Shown: positions 10,755-19,702, counted from the first letter of the stretch. The stretch is 31,817 nucleotides of DNA from Actinomycetota bacterium (GCA_041180925.1 JBEGQQ010000028.1:1-31817); one strand, 5' to 3'. Translations and numbers: made by a program. Notes: generated by a model not told the origin, from the letters alone.

Positions 10755-11666
10755 ATGAAGTACTGAATTTAATCCGCCCCAAGTTCCAGTTTTAGGTACC
10801 GCTTCTAAGCCCCCAGAAATTGAATTTCTTCTAAATAGCAAATTGTTTGCCCCTGATAGCTCGGCGCCTTTTACAATTTCGCCATCAGGTAATTTAATTT
10901 TTGCTGCCGCAGTTATATAAGTACCTGCTTCGATTACACAGTTATTGCCAAGTGAAATACCTAGTCCAGAATTAGCTCCCAGTAAGCAACCAGTGCCGAT
11001 AGAAATTACTTCTTTGCCGCCACCGCTTAGTGTTCCCATAATTGATGCACCGCCACCGATGTCGCTGCCGTCGCCGACAACTACGCCAGCCGAAATTCTT
11101 CCCTCGACCATTGATTTACCCAATGTTCCAGCATTGAAATTAACGAATCCTTCATGCATGACGGTTGTTCCATCGGATAAATATGCTCCGAGTCGAACTC
11201 GATCAGCGTCAGCAATTCGAACGCCCGCAGGAATTACGTAGTCAACCATTCGTGGGAATTTATCAACTGAATAAACCGTAACTGTGCCAAAATTTTCAAT
11301 TAATTTTGCGCGCACTAATTCAAATCCTTCAACTTCACATGGGCCATGATTGGTCCAAACAACATTTGAAAGTAAACCAAAGATTCCGTCTAAATTTGCA
11401 TCATGTGGCTTTATTAACCTATGAGACAAGAGATGAAGTCGAAGATAAACGTCTAGCGCATCTTTTGGCGGACTAGTTAAATCAATTTCCAAAGAAACTA
11501 TTTTTCGTTGAACTTGGCGCAACTCATCAGGTTTTGCTAAATCATTAAGCTTTAAATCTTCCGAATTCGCACCCAACTTTGGTGCCGGAAACCACACATC
11601 GAGAACATTTCCGCTCTTTCCTATGGTTGCAATTCCGTAACCAGAAGCTGTTTTCGCATTAGACAC
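10746..11666 (-). CDS. dapD: Tetrahydrodipicolinate N-succinyltransferase (actinobacterial type)
   Basis: DVYLRLHLLSHRL, DKFPRMVDYVIP, VRIADADRVRLGAYL, VMHEGFVNFNAGT, MVEGRISAGV, LFRRNS. Confidence 0.95.
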   Translation of the reverse strand: MSNAKTASGYGIATIGKSGNVLDVWFPAPKLGANSEDLKLNDLAKPDELRQVQRKIVSLEIDLTSPPKDALDVYLRLHLLSHRLIKPHDANLDGIFGLLSNVVWTNHGPCEVEGFELVRAKLIENFGTVTVYSVDKFPRMVDYVIPAGVRIADADRVRLGAYLSDGTTVMHEGFVNFNAGTLGKSMVEGRISAGVVVGDGSDIGGGASIMGTLSGGGKEVISIGTGCLLGANSGLGISLGNNCVIEAGTYITAAAKIKLPDGEIVKGAELSGANNLLFRRNSISGGLEAVPKTGTWGGLNSVLHSN

Positions 11667-11672
11667 AGGTAG

Positions 11673-11682
11673 ATACTAGCCT
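11673..11682. promoter_or_regulatory. Divergent -10 pair for leaderless dapD (-) and LOG (+)
   Basis: TAGTAT on - (11673-11678) is 6 nt before GTG 11666; TAGCCT on + (11677-11682) is 6 nt before ATG 11689. Confidence 0.6.
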
Positions 11683-11688
11683 TGCGCA

Positions 11689-12234
11689 ATGCGAATTTGC
11701 GTTTTCTGCTCGTCTTCACAATTGATTGAGGCCAAATATCTGAGTTTGGCTTCCGAGCTGGGAACTGCGATAGCAGATCGCAAATGGTCACTCGTAACTG
11801 GTGGCGGAAGCGTTTCGATGATGGGTGCGGTGACAAAAGCTGCCAAATTAAACGGTGGAAAAACAATTGGCGTCATTCCGCAATCATTGGTTGATATAGA
11901 AGTTCCCGATGAACATCACGAAGAATTGCATGTAGTTGAAAATATGCGCGTAAGAAAAGGATTGATGGAATCGCTTTCAGATGCATTTATTATTTTGCCC
12001 GGTGGTCTGGGAACTCTTGAAGAGCTTTTCGAAATGTGGGTCGGTCGATTCTTAAAATTTCATAACAAACCAATTGTAATTTTAGATCCGTTCCAGTTTT
12101 ACAACCCGTTGCATGACTTCATAGACGAACTCCAGCGTCAAGGATTTGTGAAACCTGGTCAGCGTGAAATTATTCATTGGGCAAGCACAATCCCAGATGC
12201 TTTAGATGCAATAGCAAATGAGATTGGAAAGTAA
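11689..12234 (+). CDS. LOG-family nucleotide phosphoribohydrolase (TIGR00730-type)
   Basis: ICVFCSS, LVTGGG, MMGAV, MRVRKGLM, PGGLGTLEELFE. Confidence 0.92.
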   Translation: MRICVFCSSSQLIEAKYLSLASELGTAIADRKWSLVTGGGSVSMMGAVTKAAKLNGGKTIGVIPQSLVDIEVPDEHHEELHVVENMRVRKGLMESLSDAFIILPGGLGTLEELFEMWVGRFLKFHNKPIVILDPFQFYNPLHDFIDELQRQGFVKPGQREIIHWASTIPDALDAIANEIGK

Positions 12235-12252
12235 TCGGGTAAACTCTGTTCT

Positions 12253-12444
12253 GTGGCAGAAAAAACTTTAGCTGAGTTGATTTCTGCCTTACCTGAAGAG
12301 TTTCAAATTGTTTTAAAGATGCATTACTTGCGTGGGTTGAGCGCAGAAGAAATTGCAGAAAAACTACAAATACCTGTAGCAACTGTGGTGCGAGTCATCA
12401 CTAATGGCCGTGCGCTGCTCGCCCGAGAACTAGGGTTGAAATAA
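12253..12444 (+). CDS. Stand-alone sigma-70 region 4 (ECF-type HTH) protein, 63 aa
   Basis: ISALPEEFQIVLKMHYLRGLSAEEIAEKLQIPVATV matches the sigma4 pattern LPxxxxxVxxLxYxxGLSxxEIAxxLxIPxxTV. No sigma2 is upstream. GGGTAAACT (-10 at 12240-12245) lies 7 nt before the GTG. Confidence 0.8.
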   Translation: MAEKTLAELISALPEEFQIVLKMHYLRGLSAEEIAEKLQIPVATVVRVITNGRALLARELGLK

Positions 12445-12463
12445 CTGAAAATTCCTCGCGGAT

Positions 12464-12512
12464 TTCACAGGCAGTCGGAATTTTGGGATAATTACGCCCA
12501 GTCGATAGGAGA
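12464..12512 (+). promoter_or_regulatory. Housekeeping-sigma promoter and SD for DUF3117
   Basis: TTCACA (12464-12469), 17 nt, TGn-extended GATAAT (12487-12492); AGGAGA at 12507-12512, 9 nt before ATG 12522. Confidence 0.65.
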
Positions 12513-12521
12513 CTATAAAAA

Positions 12522-12701
12522 ATGGCAGCTATGAAGCCTCGCACCGGTGATGGGCCGATGGAAGTTACCAAAGAAGCCCGCAGCATGGTGATGCGAATTC
12601 CACTTGAAGGTGGCGGACGTCTAGTTGTCGAATTAAATATTGAAGAAGCCACCAATTTAGGTAGTGCACTTCAAGCAGCTGTTGCATTAGTTAAGAAGTA
12701 A
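12522..12701 (+). CDS. DUF3117 family small protein, 59 aa (absent from the ORF track)
   Basis: Translated by hand: MAAMKPRTGDGPMEVTKEARSMVMRIPLEGGGRLVVELNIEEATNLGSALQAAVALVKK*, the conserved actinobacterial DUF3117 signature; clear SD. Confidence 0.92.
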   Translation: MAAMKPRTGDGPMEVTKEARSMVMRIPLEGGGRLVVELNIEEATNLGSALQAAVALVKK

Positions 12702-12710
12702 TCTCGCCAC

Positions 12711-14141
12711 ATGGCAACCTTCACGCTTACTGCGGCGAAGGGTTCATTTTCGAAAAAAGATTCAATTATTGTTGTTGGTTATGACGAGAAATCGATAAAG
12801 GCTAAGCATAAGAATTTTATTGAAAAAATCTTTCAGTTAAATCTAAAAGATGAACTAAATAATTTATCTCCGACATTCAAACCGGGTGAAAGTTTCGAAA
12901 TTCCGATCTCAGCTGCAGGTCATAAGGCCAAACTTCTAATTTTCGTTTACCTAGGAAAAGAAGTTAAGAGCGCTGGCTCGATTCTCGGGAGAAAACTAAG
13001 AGGAAAAAAGGAACACGTATTTATTGATTTAGGTTTAAAATCAAATCAAATTTATCGTTTCTTAATATCGACAGGATTAGCAAACTTCCAGTGGTCAATG
13101 AAAACCGAAAGCAAACCTAGCGCTTGCGAGATTTGCGTTAGTGGAGTTACTCCTTCAGAACTAATCAAAGCGCGCACCCTGATTGACGCCGTAAATGTGG
13201 CGCGCACACTTATCCATACGCCTTCAAATGTTAAAAATCCGCAATGGTTAGCAAGTCAGGCAGAAAAACTAGTTAAACCATTAAAAGTAAAAATTTTGGC
13301 CGGATCTGCAATCAAAGATTTTGGCGGCCTAAATGCTGTTGGCAAATCATCACCAAAACCTGGTCCAAGATTTGTAGAAATTACATATGCGCCAAAGGGA
13401 GCGAAGAAAGAGATTGCACTAGTCGGAAAAGGAATTACCTTTGATACCGGTGGCATTTCATTAAAACGCCCTTACGACACGATGTCACCAATGAAGAGTG
13501 ACATGGCCGGGGCAGCAGCTTGTATTGGAGTGATGTTTGGATTAATTAGGCTACAACCAAAAGTAAAAGTTACGGCGCTTTTAATGTTGGCCGAAAATGC
13601 GTTATCTGGCACATCGCAACGGCCAAGTGATGTTATTACTCAATATGGTGGCAAAACAGTTGAAATTATTAATACGGATGCCGAAGGCAGACTGGTGCTG
13701 GCAGATGGTTTGGCTTATGCAGATTTAAATTTAGCGCCAGATTATTTAATTGATATTGCTACATTAACTGGATCGGCAACTTTGGGATTAAGTCGGCACG
13801 TAGGTGCGATGTATACGCGTGATGAAAAATTGGCGAATCAATTGGTGAAAATTGGCGAAGAGTGCGGTGATCGGATTTGGCAGATGCCGCTTGTTGATGA
13901 TTACAAAGTTGCCCTACGAAGCAATGTGGCGGATTTAAACCACACTGCAGATGCAATTGATTTTGGTGGCGGATCTATTACCGCAGCACTTTTCTTAGAA
14001 GAGTTTGTTGGTAAACGCAAATGGGCTCACTTAGATATTGCTGGACCAGCTAGATCTGAAAGTGATTCAGGTGAGCATCCAAAAGGCGGAACTGGTTTTG
14101 GTGTTAGATTACTTTTGGAATGGATAATGAGTATTAAATGA
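12711..14141 (+). CDS. pepA: M17 leucyl aminopeptidase
   Basis: LVGKGITFDTGG, MKSDMAGAA, NTDAEGRLVLAD, ATLTG, WAHLDIAG, GTGFGVRLL. Confidence 0.93.
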   Translation: MATFTLTAAKGSFSKKDSIIVVGYDEKSIKAKHKNFIEKIFQLNLKDELNNLSPTFKPGESFEIPISAAGHKAKLLIFVYLGKEVKSAGSILGRKLRGKKEHVFIDLGLKSNQIYRFLISTGLANFQWSMKTESKPSACEICVSGVTPSELIKARTLIDAVNVARTLIHTPSNVKNPQWLASQAEKLVKPLKVKILAGSAIKDFGGLNAVGKSSPKPGPRFVEITYAPKGAKKEIALVGKGITFDTGGISLKRPYDTMSPMKSDMAGAAACIGVMFGLIRLQPKVKVTALLMLAENALSGTSQRPSDVITQYGGKTVEIINTDAEGRLVLADGLAYADLNLAPDYLIDIATLTGSATLGLSRHVGAMYTRDEKLANQLVKIGEECGDRIWQMPLVDDYKVALRSNVADLNHTADAIDFGGGSITAALFLEEFVGKRKWAHLDIAGPARSESDSGEHPKGGTGFGVRLLLEWIMSIK

Positions 14142-14764
14142 AAACCGACCCAGCTTCATTTTCGGATAATTTCATTACTGAAGATATCAATCAGCAAGCT
14201 GCCAGAGCTCGGGGCATCGAAATTGGCACTTACGACTCCACACCGGGTTCGGGTGCGTTTTTGAAATACCTCGCCGAATTAATTTCTGCGCAAGCAATTG
14301 TTGAAGTTGGAACTGGTTCAGGAGTTGGAACTCTTTGGCTCACTAAAGGAATGATTAATTCCGGAGTGATCACCACTATTGACGAAGAAATCCAACATAC
14401 CCAAATAGCTAAAGAAGCGATGTTGGATGCTGACATTTCTCCTTCTAATTACCGGTTAATCACAAACTCTCCATTAGAAGTTATGCGCAAGTTAGCGGAT
14501 CGTGCTTATGATCTAGTTGTTATCAGAAGTAATTCTGAAGATATTCTTGATCTAATCGACGAAACTCATCGGATTTTGCGTACAGGTGGCGTACTAGCAA
14601 TTGATCGCTATTTTGGTGGCGGAAAAGTTAGCGATCCGGCACAGCGCGATGAAAAAAGCGTTGCGCTCCGCGATGCTGGAAAATCATTGAGAATGAATTC
14701 TGAAATTTGGTCCATTACGCTAAATCCAATTGGCGATGGTGTCCTAGCTGCAACAAAGCTGTAA
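14138..14764 (+). CDS. SAM-dependent O-methyltransferase
   Basis: Motif I IVEVGTGSGVG, ITTIDEE, YDLVVI, LRTGGVL, PIGDGV; ATGA-coupled to pepA. Confidence 0.88.
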   Translation: MKTDPASFSDNFITEDINQQAARARGIEIGTYDSTPGSGAFLKYLAELISAQAIVEVGTGSGVGTLWLTKGMINSGVITTIDEEIQHTQIAKEAMLDADISPSNYRLITNSPLEVMRKLADRAYDLVVIRSNSEDILDLIDETHRILRTGGVLAIDRYFGGGKVSDPAQRDEKSVALRDAGKSLRMNSEIWSITLNPIGDGVLAATKL

Positions 14765-14773
14765 AGTACTTAT

Positions 14774-15070
14774 ATGTTCTTCGATGTTGGCGCCGGCGAA
14801 TTCATCGGGTTAGCTATTTTGGCACTTATTTTAGTTGGGCCTGATCGCTTACCAAATTTGGCCATTGAAGCAGCAAAAATAATTCGAAAAGTTAAGTATT
14901 TTGCCCAAAATACAACATCTGAAATTAAAAACAATTTAGGCCCAGGATTTGAAGATTTGCAACCGACTGATTTGCACCCGAAAAATTTTATTAAGCGTCA
15001 ATTAAATGAAGCGATGGATGAATTAGATCGCCCTAAAGTAAAACCAAAAATTGACCCAGACTTGTTGTAA
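14774..15070 (+). CDS. tatB: Sec-independent translocase TatB
   Basis: MFFDVGAGEF, LILVGPDRLP, ELGPGFEDL-like linker, DLHPKNFI; position before mrp is conserved in actinobacteria. Confidence 0.88.
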   Translation: MFFDVGAGEFIGLAILALILVGPDRLPNLAIEAAKIIRKVKYFAQNTTSEIKNNLGPGFEDLQPTDLHPKNFIKRQLNEAMDELDRPKVKPKIDPDLL

Positions 15071-15076
15071 AAATAT

Positions 15077-16189
15077 ATGAGTAAATTATTGGAAAAACTT
15101 TCGACAGTAATTGACCCTGAATTGCGTCGCCCAATTACTGAATTAGAGATGGTTGAGTCGGCTGAAATTTTTGGCAACACTGCAAAGGTAAAAGTTTTAC
15201 TTACAATCGCAACTTGCCCGATGCAAGATCGACTTCGCGCTGATATCGAAGGAGCACTAAGTGAGCTAGCCGAAGTGGCAAAAATTGAATTGACCTTTGG
15301 GGTAATGAACGAATCACAACGCAATCGCGTTAAAGAAATTGTTCGCGGCGGGCGAGATCCAGAAATACCTTTTGCTAGGCCTGATTCTCTAACAAGAGTT
15401 ATTGGAGTCTCCTCCGGTAAAGGTGGCGTCGGCAAATCATCGCTAACTGTTAACTTGGCACTTTCGGTTGCAGCGAAAGGTTTACGTGTTGGAATATTGG
15501 ATGGCGACGTATATGGCCACTCAATCCCAAGATTACTTGGCTTAATTGGTCAGCGGCCTACCGCGATTGATCAGTTGTTTATTCCACTCGAAGGTTACGG
15601 AATAAAAACAGTCTCAATGGAAATGTTCAAACCTGATCGCTCCGATGCAGTTGCATATCGGGGACCGCTACTACATCGCGTTCTTCAACAACTATTAACC
15701 GATGCTTATTGGGGAGATTTGGATTTCTTGTTTATAGATTTACCACCCGGAACTGGGGATTTAGCAATCTCGCTTGGGCAACTTATTCCTAATTCTGAAA
15801 TGTTAGTTGTAACAACGCCACAAATTGCTGCCGCCGAAGTTGCAGAACGTACTGGTCGAATTGCTTACCAAATGAAACAACCGGTAATTGGTGTTATTGA
15901 AAACATGTCAGATTTCCCGTGCCCAAAATGTGGCGAGCCGATTTCGCTTTTTGGTGAAGGTGGCGGCGAAGAAACCGCTAACCGTTTATCAAAATTAATT
16001 GGCGAAGCGGTGCCACTTCTTGGAAAAATTCCATTTGATCCAAAACTTCGTGAAGGTGGCGACGATTCAAAACCAATCGTCGTTTCAGATCCAGAATCAA
16101 ATGCTGCAAAAGCGATTTCACAAGTTGCGGATAAAATTACAGCTAGAAAGAAATCTTTACTTGGCGTCCGACTCGGGCTTAGCACGTAG
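15077..16189 (+). CDS. mrp: Mrp/NBP35 (ApbC) Fe-S cluster carrier ATPase with N-terminal DUF59-like domain
   Basis: VIDPELRRPITELEMV, LTIATCP, SGKGGVGKS, DLPPGTGD, VVTTPQ, ENMSDFPCPKC. Confidence 0.93.
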   Translation: MSKLLEKLSTVIDPELRRPITELEMVESAEIFGNTAKVKVLLTIATCPMQDRLRADIEGALSELAEVAKIELTFGVMNESQRNRVKEIVRGGRDPEIPFARPDSLTRVIGVSSGKGGVGKSSLTVNLALSVAAKGLRVGILDGDVYGHSIPRLLGLIGQRPTAIDQLFIPLEGYGIKTVSMEMFKPDRSDAVAYRGPLLHRVLQQLLTDAYWGDLDFLFIDLPPGTGDLAISLGQLIPNSEMLVVTTPQIAAAEVAERTGRIAYQMKQPVIGVIENMSDFPCPKCGEPISLFGEGGGEETANRLSKLIGEAVPLLGKIPFDPKLREGGDDSKPIVVSDPESNAAKAISQVADKITARKKSLLGVRLGLST

Positions 16190-16654
16190 TTCTTTTAACA
16201 GCTCTTCTAAACTCTCGGCCAATTCACTTCTTAAGAAATCACGGGTCGCAACTTCACCAATTGCAATTCGAAGAGAAGCGATTTCGCGGGTCAGATACTC
16301 GGTGTCAGCCATTGAGCGCTCATTGCGGGCTCGGTCTTCGTTAAATTGAATTCGATCGCGATCAGCTTGGCGGTTTTGGGCCAAGAGAATCAATGGCGCA
16401 GCATAAGAAGCTTGCAGCGAAAGTATCAGCGTTAAGAAAATAAATGGGTATTCATCAAAGCGCCAGTTATGTGGTGCCAATGAATTCCAAAGAGTCCAAA
16501 ATGCCACGAAAACTGTCATGTAGACCAAGAATTTTGCAGTGCCTAAAAAGCGAGCAAATTTTTCCGATAGTCGACCAAATGCTTCTGGATCGTAATTAGG
16601 GCGAAGTGAGCGACCAGCTTCACGCGGAGTTTCTAAACCATAATTTCGCGCCAT
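16157..16654 (-). CDS. DUF1003 family membrane protein
   Basis: Two TM helices; FDEYPFIFLTLILSLQASYAAPLILLAQNRQ; C-terminal coiled-coil-like TEYLTREIASLR. Confidence 0.88.
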   Translation of the reverse strand: MARNYGLETPREAGRSLRPNYDPEAFGRLSEKFARFLGTAKFLVYMTVFVAFWTLWNSLAPHNWRFDEYPFIFLTLILSLQASYAAPLILLAQNRQADRDRIQFNEDRARNERSMADTEYLTREIASLRIAIGEVATRDFLRSELAESLEELLKELRAKPESDAK

Positions 16655-16656
16655 TA

Positions 16657-17922
16657 CTATCCCTCCATTCGATTCGGATCATTTTGATCATGGCGACTAT
16701 GGCGCCAATCTTCCGGCAATAAGTGATCAAGTACGTCATCAACCGTAACTGCACCTAGCAGGCGTTCGTTTGCATCCACTACCGGTACTGACAACAAGTT
16801 GTAACTGGCTAAGTATGACGAAACTTCGTTGAGTTGCGCGTCGGGATTTATTCCTTGGGTTTCAGTATCAACTATTGAACCTAAAAGCATCGAAGGAGCT
16901 TCGCGTAACAATCTTTGGTAATGGACAATCCCGATAAATTTTCCAGTTGGCGTTTCAAGTGGAGCGCGGCACACATAAACTTGTGAAGCCAACGCCGGCG
17001 AAACTTCACTCGCCCTCACAGCCGCTAATGCTTCTGCCACAGTTCCATCAGCAGTTAGTACCACTGGTTCAGTTGTCATCATGCCACCCGCGGAATAGTC
17101 TTCATATGTCATTAAACGAAGCACATCTTCAGCATCTTCAGGTTCCATTAATTCAATTAATTTTTTAGCTCGCTCGTCGCCAATTTCTCGAAGTAAGTCG
17201 GCGGCATCATCTGGATCCATTTCAGCAACAACATCTGCGGCGCGCTCGCCCTCAAGCTCGGCTAAAAGTTCGACGCGATCACTTTCTTCCATCTCTTCTA
17301 AAACATCCGCTAAGCGTTCATCAGTTAGTGCCAGTGCAACTTCAACGCGACGCTTTAAAGCCAAATCCTGCATCACAGATGCTAAGTCGGCGGCTCGCAA
17401 GGTACTTAATGTTGAAAGTAAGTTTGTGACCCCTTGATTATGTTCAGTGCCAGTTAATCCCGAAATTTCTTCCCACGCCGCAGTAAAGGTTTCACCTCGG
17501 CGACGTAGCCCGCGGCCTTTGCGCATCACGTGAACTCGATTGATAAGCCAATCTCCGCTACGTGTTTGTTCCATTCCTAAATCTTCAACAACTACTTGCT
17601 CGCTATTTTCTGCAAGTTGAACTTTCCGATCTAGCATTTCACCAAGCACAAGTAATTCACCTATACGAGCTTCAAACCGACGCATATTTAAAAGTCCAGT
17701 AATTACAACAGCGCCAGTTTCAATGGAAGTTACACGGGTAATTGGTACAAAAACTCGACGACGCATTGGCACTTCAACAAGTAGTCCAAGAATTCGTGGT
17801 GGTTGGTTATTGGAACGAAGGGTCGCCACTGCATCGCGCACTTTGCCAACAAGATCACCATTTGGGTCGAAGACCGCGGTTCCTGCTAAGCGCGCTAGAA
17901 ATACTCTGCTTAGGCCGCTCAT
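16657..17922 (-). CDS. MgtE intracellular N-domain/CBS-pair protein with N-terminal PRC-barrel-like region; no TM domain
   Basis: Acidic repeats ADLA/ADVLEEM/EMDPDDAADLL, SAGGMMT, CBS motifs, VPVVD, GAVTVDDVLD; the ORF ends with no hydrophobic segment. Confidence 0.88.
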   Translation of the reverse strand: MSGLSRVFLARLAGTAVFDPNGDLVGKVRDAVATLRSNNQPPRILGLLVEVPMRRRVFVPITRVTSIETGAVVITGLLNMRRFEARIGELLVLGEMLDRKVQLAENSEQVVVEDLGMEQTRSGDWLINRVHVMRKGRGLRRRGETFTAAWEEISGLTGTEHNQGVTNLLSTLSTLRAADLASVMQDLALKRRVEVALALTDERLADVLEEMEESDRVELLAELEGERAADVVAEMDPDDAADLLREIGDERAKKLIELMEPEDAEDVLRLMTYEDYSAGGMMTTEPVVLTADGTVAEALAAVRASEVSPALASQVYVCRAPLETPTGKFIGIVHYQRLLREAPSMLLGSIVDTETQGINPDAQLNEVSSYLASYNLLSVPVVDANERLLGAVTVDDVLDHLLPEDWRHSRHDQNDPNRMEG

Positions 17923-17988
17923 AGGCTAAGGGTATCGGCTCCATCAACATTGGCGGTTAACAATTTATTAATCGGCTAGGTTTATCCG

Positions 17989-18864
17989 ATGTCGAATCAG
18001 CAATTATCACTACCAAAACGTAGTGATTTGTTTCGACTCAGCCTCGGAGTTATTGGAATTGGCACATCAGGGCCGCTCATTGCGTTGAGTGCAATGCCAA
18101 TCATGACATTGATTTTTTGGCGCAATCTTGGCGGCGCAATCTTCACTTTTTTTCTAGCGATTCGCCATAAGCAATTTGCTAATCGGCATGGTTTGAAATG
18201 GTCGGCAATTGCTGGCGTAATTTTGGCCGCACATTTCACGGGGTTTTTTATTTCCATGCGCTTGACGAGCGTTGCAGCCGGCACTGCGATAACTGCTCTC
18301 CAACCAATTTTCGCTGCAATATTTGTTGCTATGAATGGCGTTCGCGTTTCGAAAAAAGCTTGGCTAGGTATGGCCATAAGTTTCATTGGAGTTTTGGTAA
18401 TTACTGGTGTTGATTTAAATATCTCAACTAAATCATTTTTTGGAGATCTCGCCGCCCTAATAGGTGGCGCGTTAGCCGCGCTTTATGTGATGGCAGGTGC
18501 TAAAGCACAACGGGAAGTTGAATCCACTACCTATATGGCAATTTGCTATTTCATATGTGCAATTTCTGCTCTGCCAATTGCGCTTTTAATTTCGCCAAAC
18601 ATTTTTCAATTCGAAGCAAGACAATGGCTTATTTTATTGGGATTAATTTTAGGCGCTCAATTACTAGGTCACAGTATGTTTAATTCAGTTTTGAAGCGGG
18701 TATCACCAGCGGTAGTTTCGTTGATAGTTTTCTTTGAGGTGCCAGTCGCTGCACTTTTGGCAACTTGGTGGCTAGACCAAAAACCAGCAGGTGGGATTTG
18801 GCTTGGCATCATTCTCATCTTAATTGGCTGTGCTTTAGTAATCTTGCGCAACGATGAAAATTGA
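17989..18864 (+). CDS. DMT/EamA family transporter
   Basis: About ten hydrophobic helices, two EamA-like halves (FWRNL, ALQPIFA; QLLGHSMFN, FFEVPVA). TAGGTT -10 at 17977-17982. Confidence 0.88.
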   Translation: MSNQQLSLPKRSDLFRLSLGVIGIGTSGPLIALSAMPIMTLIFWRNLGGAIFTFFLAIRHKQFANRHGLKWSAIAGVILAAHFTGFFISMRLTSVAAGTAITALQPIFAAIFVAMNGVRVSKKAWLGMAISFIGVLVITGVDLNISTKSFFGDLAALIGGALAALYVMAGAKAQREVESTTYMAICYFICAISALPIALLISPNIFQFEARQWLILLGLILGAQLLGHSMFNSVLKRVSPAVVSLIVFFEVPVAALLATWWLDQKPAGGIWLGIILILIGCALVILRNDEN

Positions 18865-19702
18865 TTTACACACGCACTCCACTTTTAGCGATGGAACCGA
18901 TACTCCGACGCAATTAATGCACGAGGCAGCACTTTCTGGATTAGATGTAATTGCACTGACTGATCACGACACAACCGCTGGTTGGTCCGAAGCAACGAAA
19001 GCACGACGCGGTAAGTTGCATTTAGTTCTTGGTGCAGAAATTTCGTGCATTACTGAAGCGGGAAAGAGTGTGCACATCGGAGCGCTACTTTTTGATGAGA
19101 ATTATCAGCCATTAAAGAAAGCTCTTGAACTTTCTCGTGATGATCGAATTCCGCGAATGGAAAAGATGGTTGCGTTACTTCAGGCAGATGGTTTTGAGAT
19201 TTCTATGGCCGAAGTTGAAGCCAAGCGCCCAGATGGTGCCACCCTTGGTCGGCCACATTTAGCTGACGCGTTAGTTGCTAAAGGAATTGTTCCAAATCGA
19301 GATGTCGCTTTTGAGAAATATTTGAATAATGATTCGAAATATTATGTTTCTCATTTAGCCCCAACCCCAATTGAGGCAATTAAATTAATCAAAGCTGCTG
19401 GCGGAGTATCAGTTGTGGCGCACGCATTTTCATCATTCAGAAGCGAATTACTCAATTCAGATTTTTTTGAAAACTGGGTCGCAGCTGGATTAAATGCCAT
19501 TGAAGTTGATCATCGAGACCACAATCCGTCCGAACGTGAGATTTTGCGAAAGATTGCCGTCGATCTAGCACTCTGTATTACTGGATCAAGCGATTATCAC
19601 GGTGATGGAAAACTAAATCTTTTGGGCGAAAATTCAACCGCCCCCGAACAATGGGAACGGCTAGAATCATTGGCTAACGCCAGGAGAGTAATTAATGTCT
19701 AA
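18854..19702 (+). CDS. PHP-domain metallophosphoesterase (TrpH/YciV-like)
   Basis: DLHTHSTFSDG, ALTDHDT, GAEIS, GRPHLADAL, TGSSDYHG. Confidence 0.92.
   Translation: MKIDLHTHSTFSDGTDTPTQLMHEAALSGLDVIALTDHDTTAGWSEATKARRGKLHLVLGAEISCITEAGKSVHIGALLFDENYQPLKKALELSRDDRIPRMEKMVALLQADGFEISMAEVEAKRPDGATLGRPHLADALVAKGIVPNRDVAFEKYLNNDSKYYVSHLAPTPIEAIKLIKAAGGVSVVAHAFSSFRSELLNSDFFENWVAAGLNAIEVDHRDHNPSEREILRKIAVDLALCITGSSDYHGDGKLNLLGENSTAPEQWERLESLANARRVINV

Noticed and set aside
11689-12444. LOG and the sigma4 ORF are in the same frame, separated by TAA plus six sense codons (possible readthrough fusion)
   Set aside because: Same frame has a 1-in-3 chance, TAA is rarely read through, and the sigma4 ORF has its own well-spaced -10.
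12401-12655. 84-aa minus-strand ORF filling the apparent gap
   Set aside because: It is the antisense shadow of the real DUF3117 gene on the plus strand.
14998-15435. Long antisense or alternative-frame ORFs (also 2730-3035, 15999-16349, 17997-18386, 28846-29181, 29565-30035, 31140-31403 and the shorter ones)
   Set aside because: They lie within well-supported genes, are Ser/Pro/Thr-rich as expected for shadow frames, and have no recognisable motifs.
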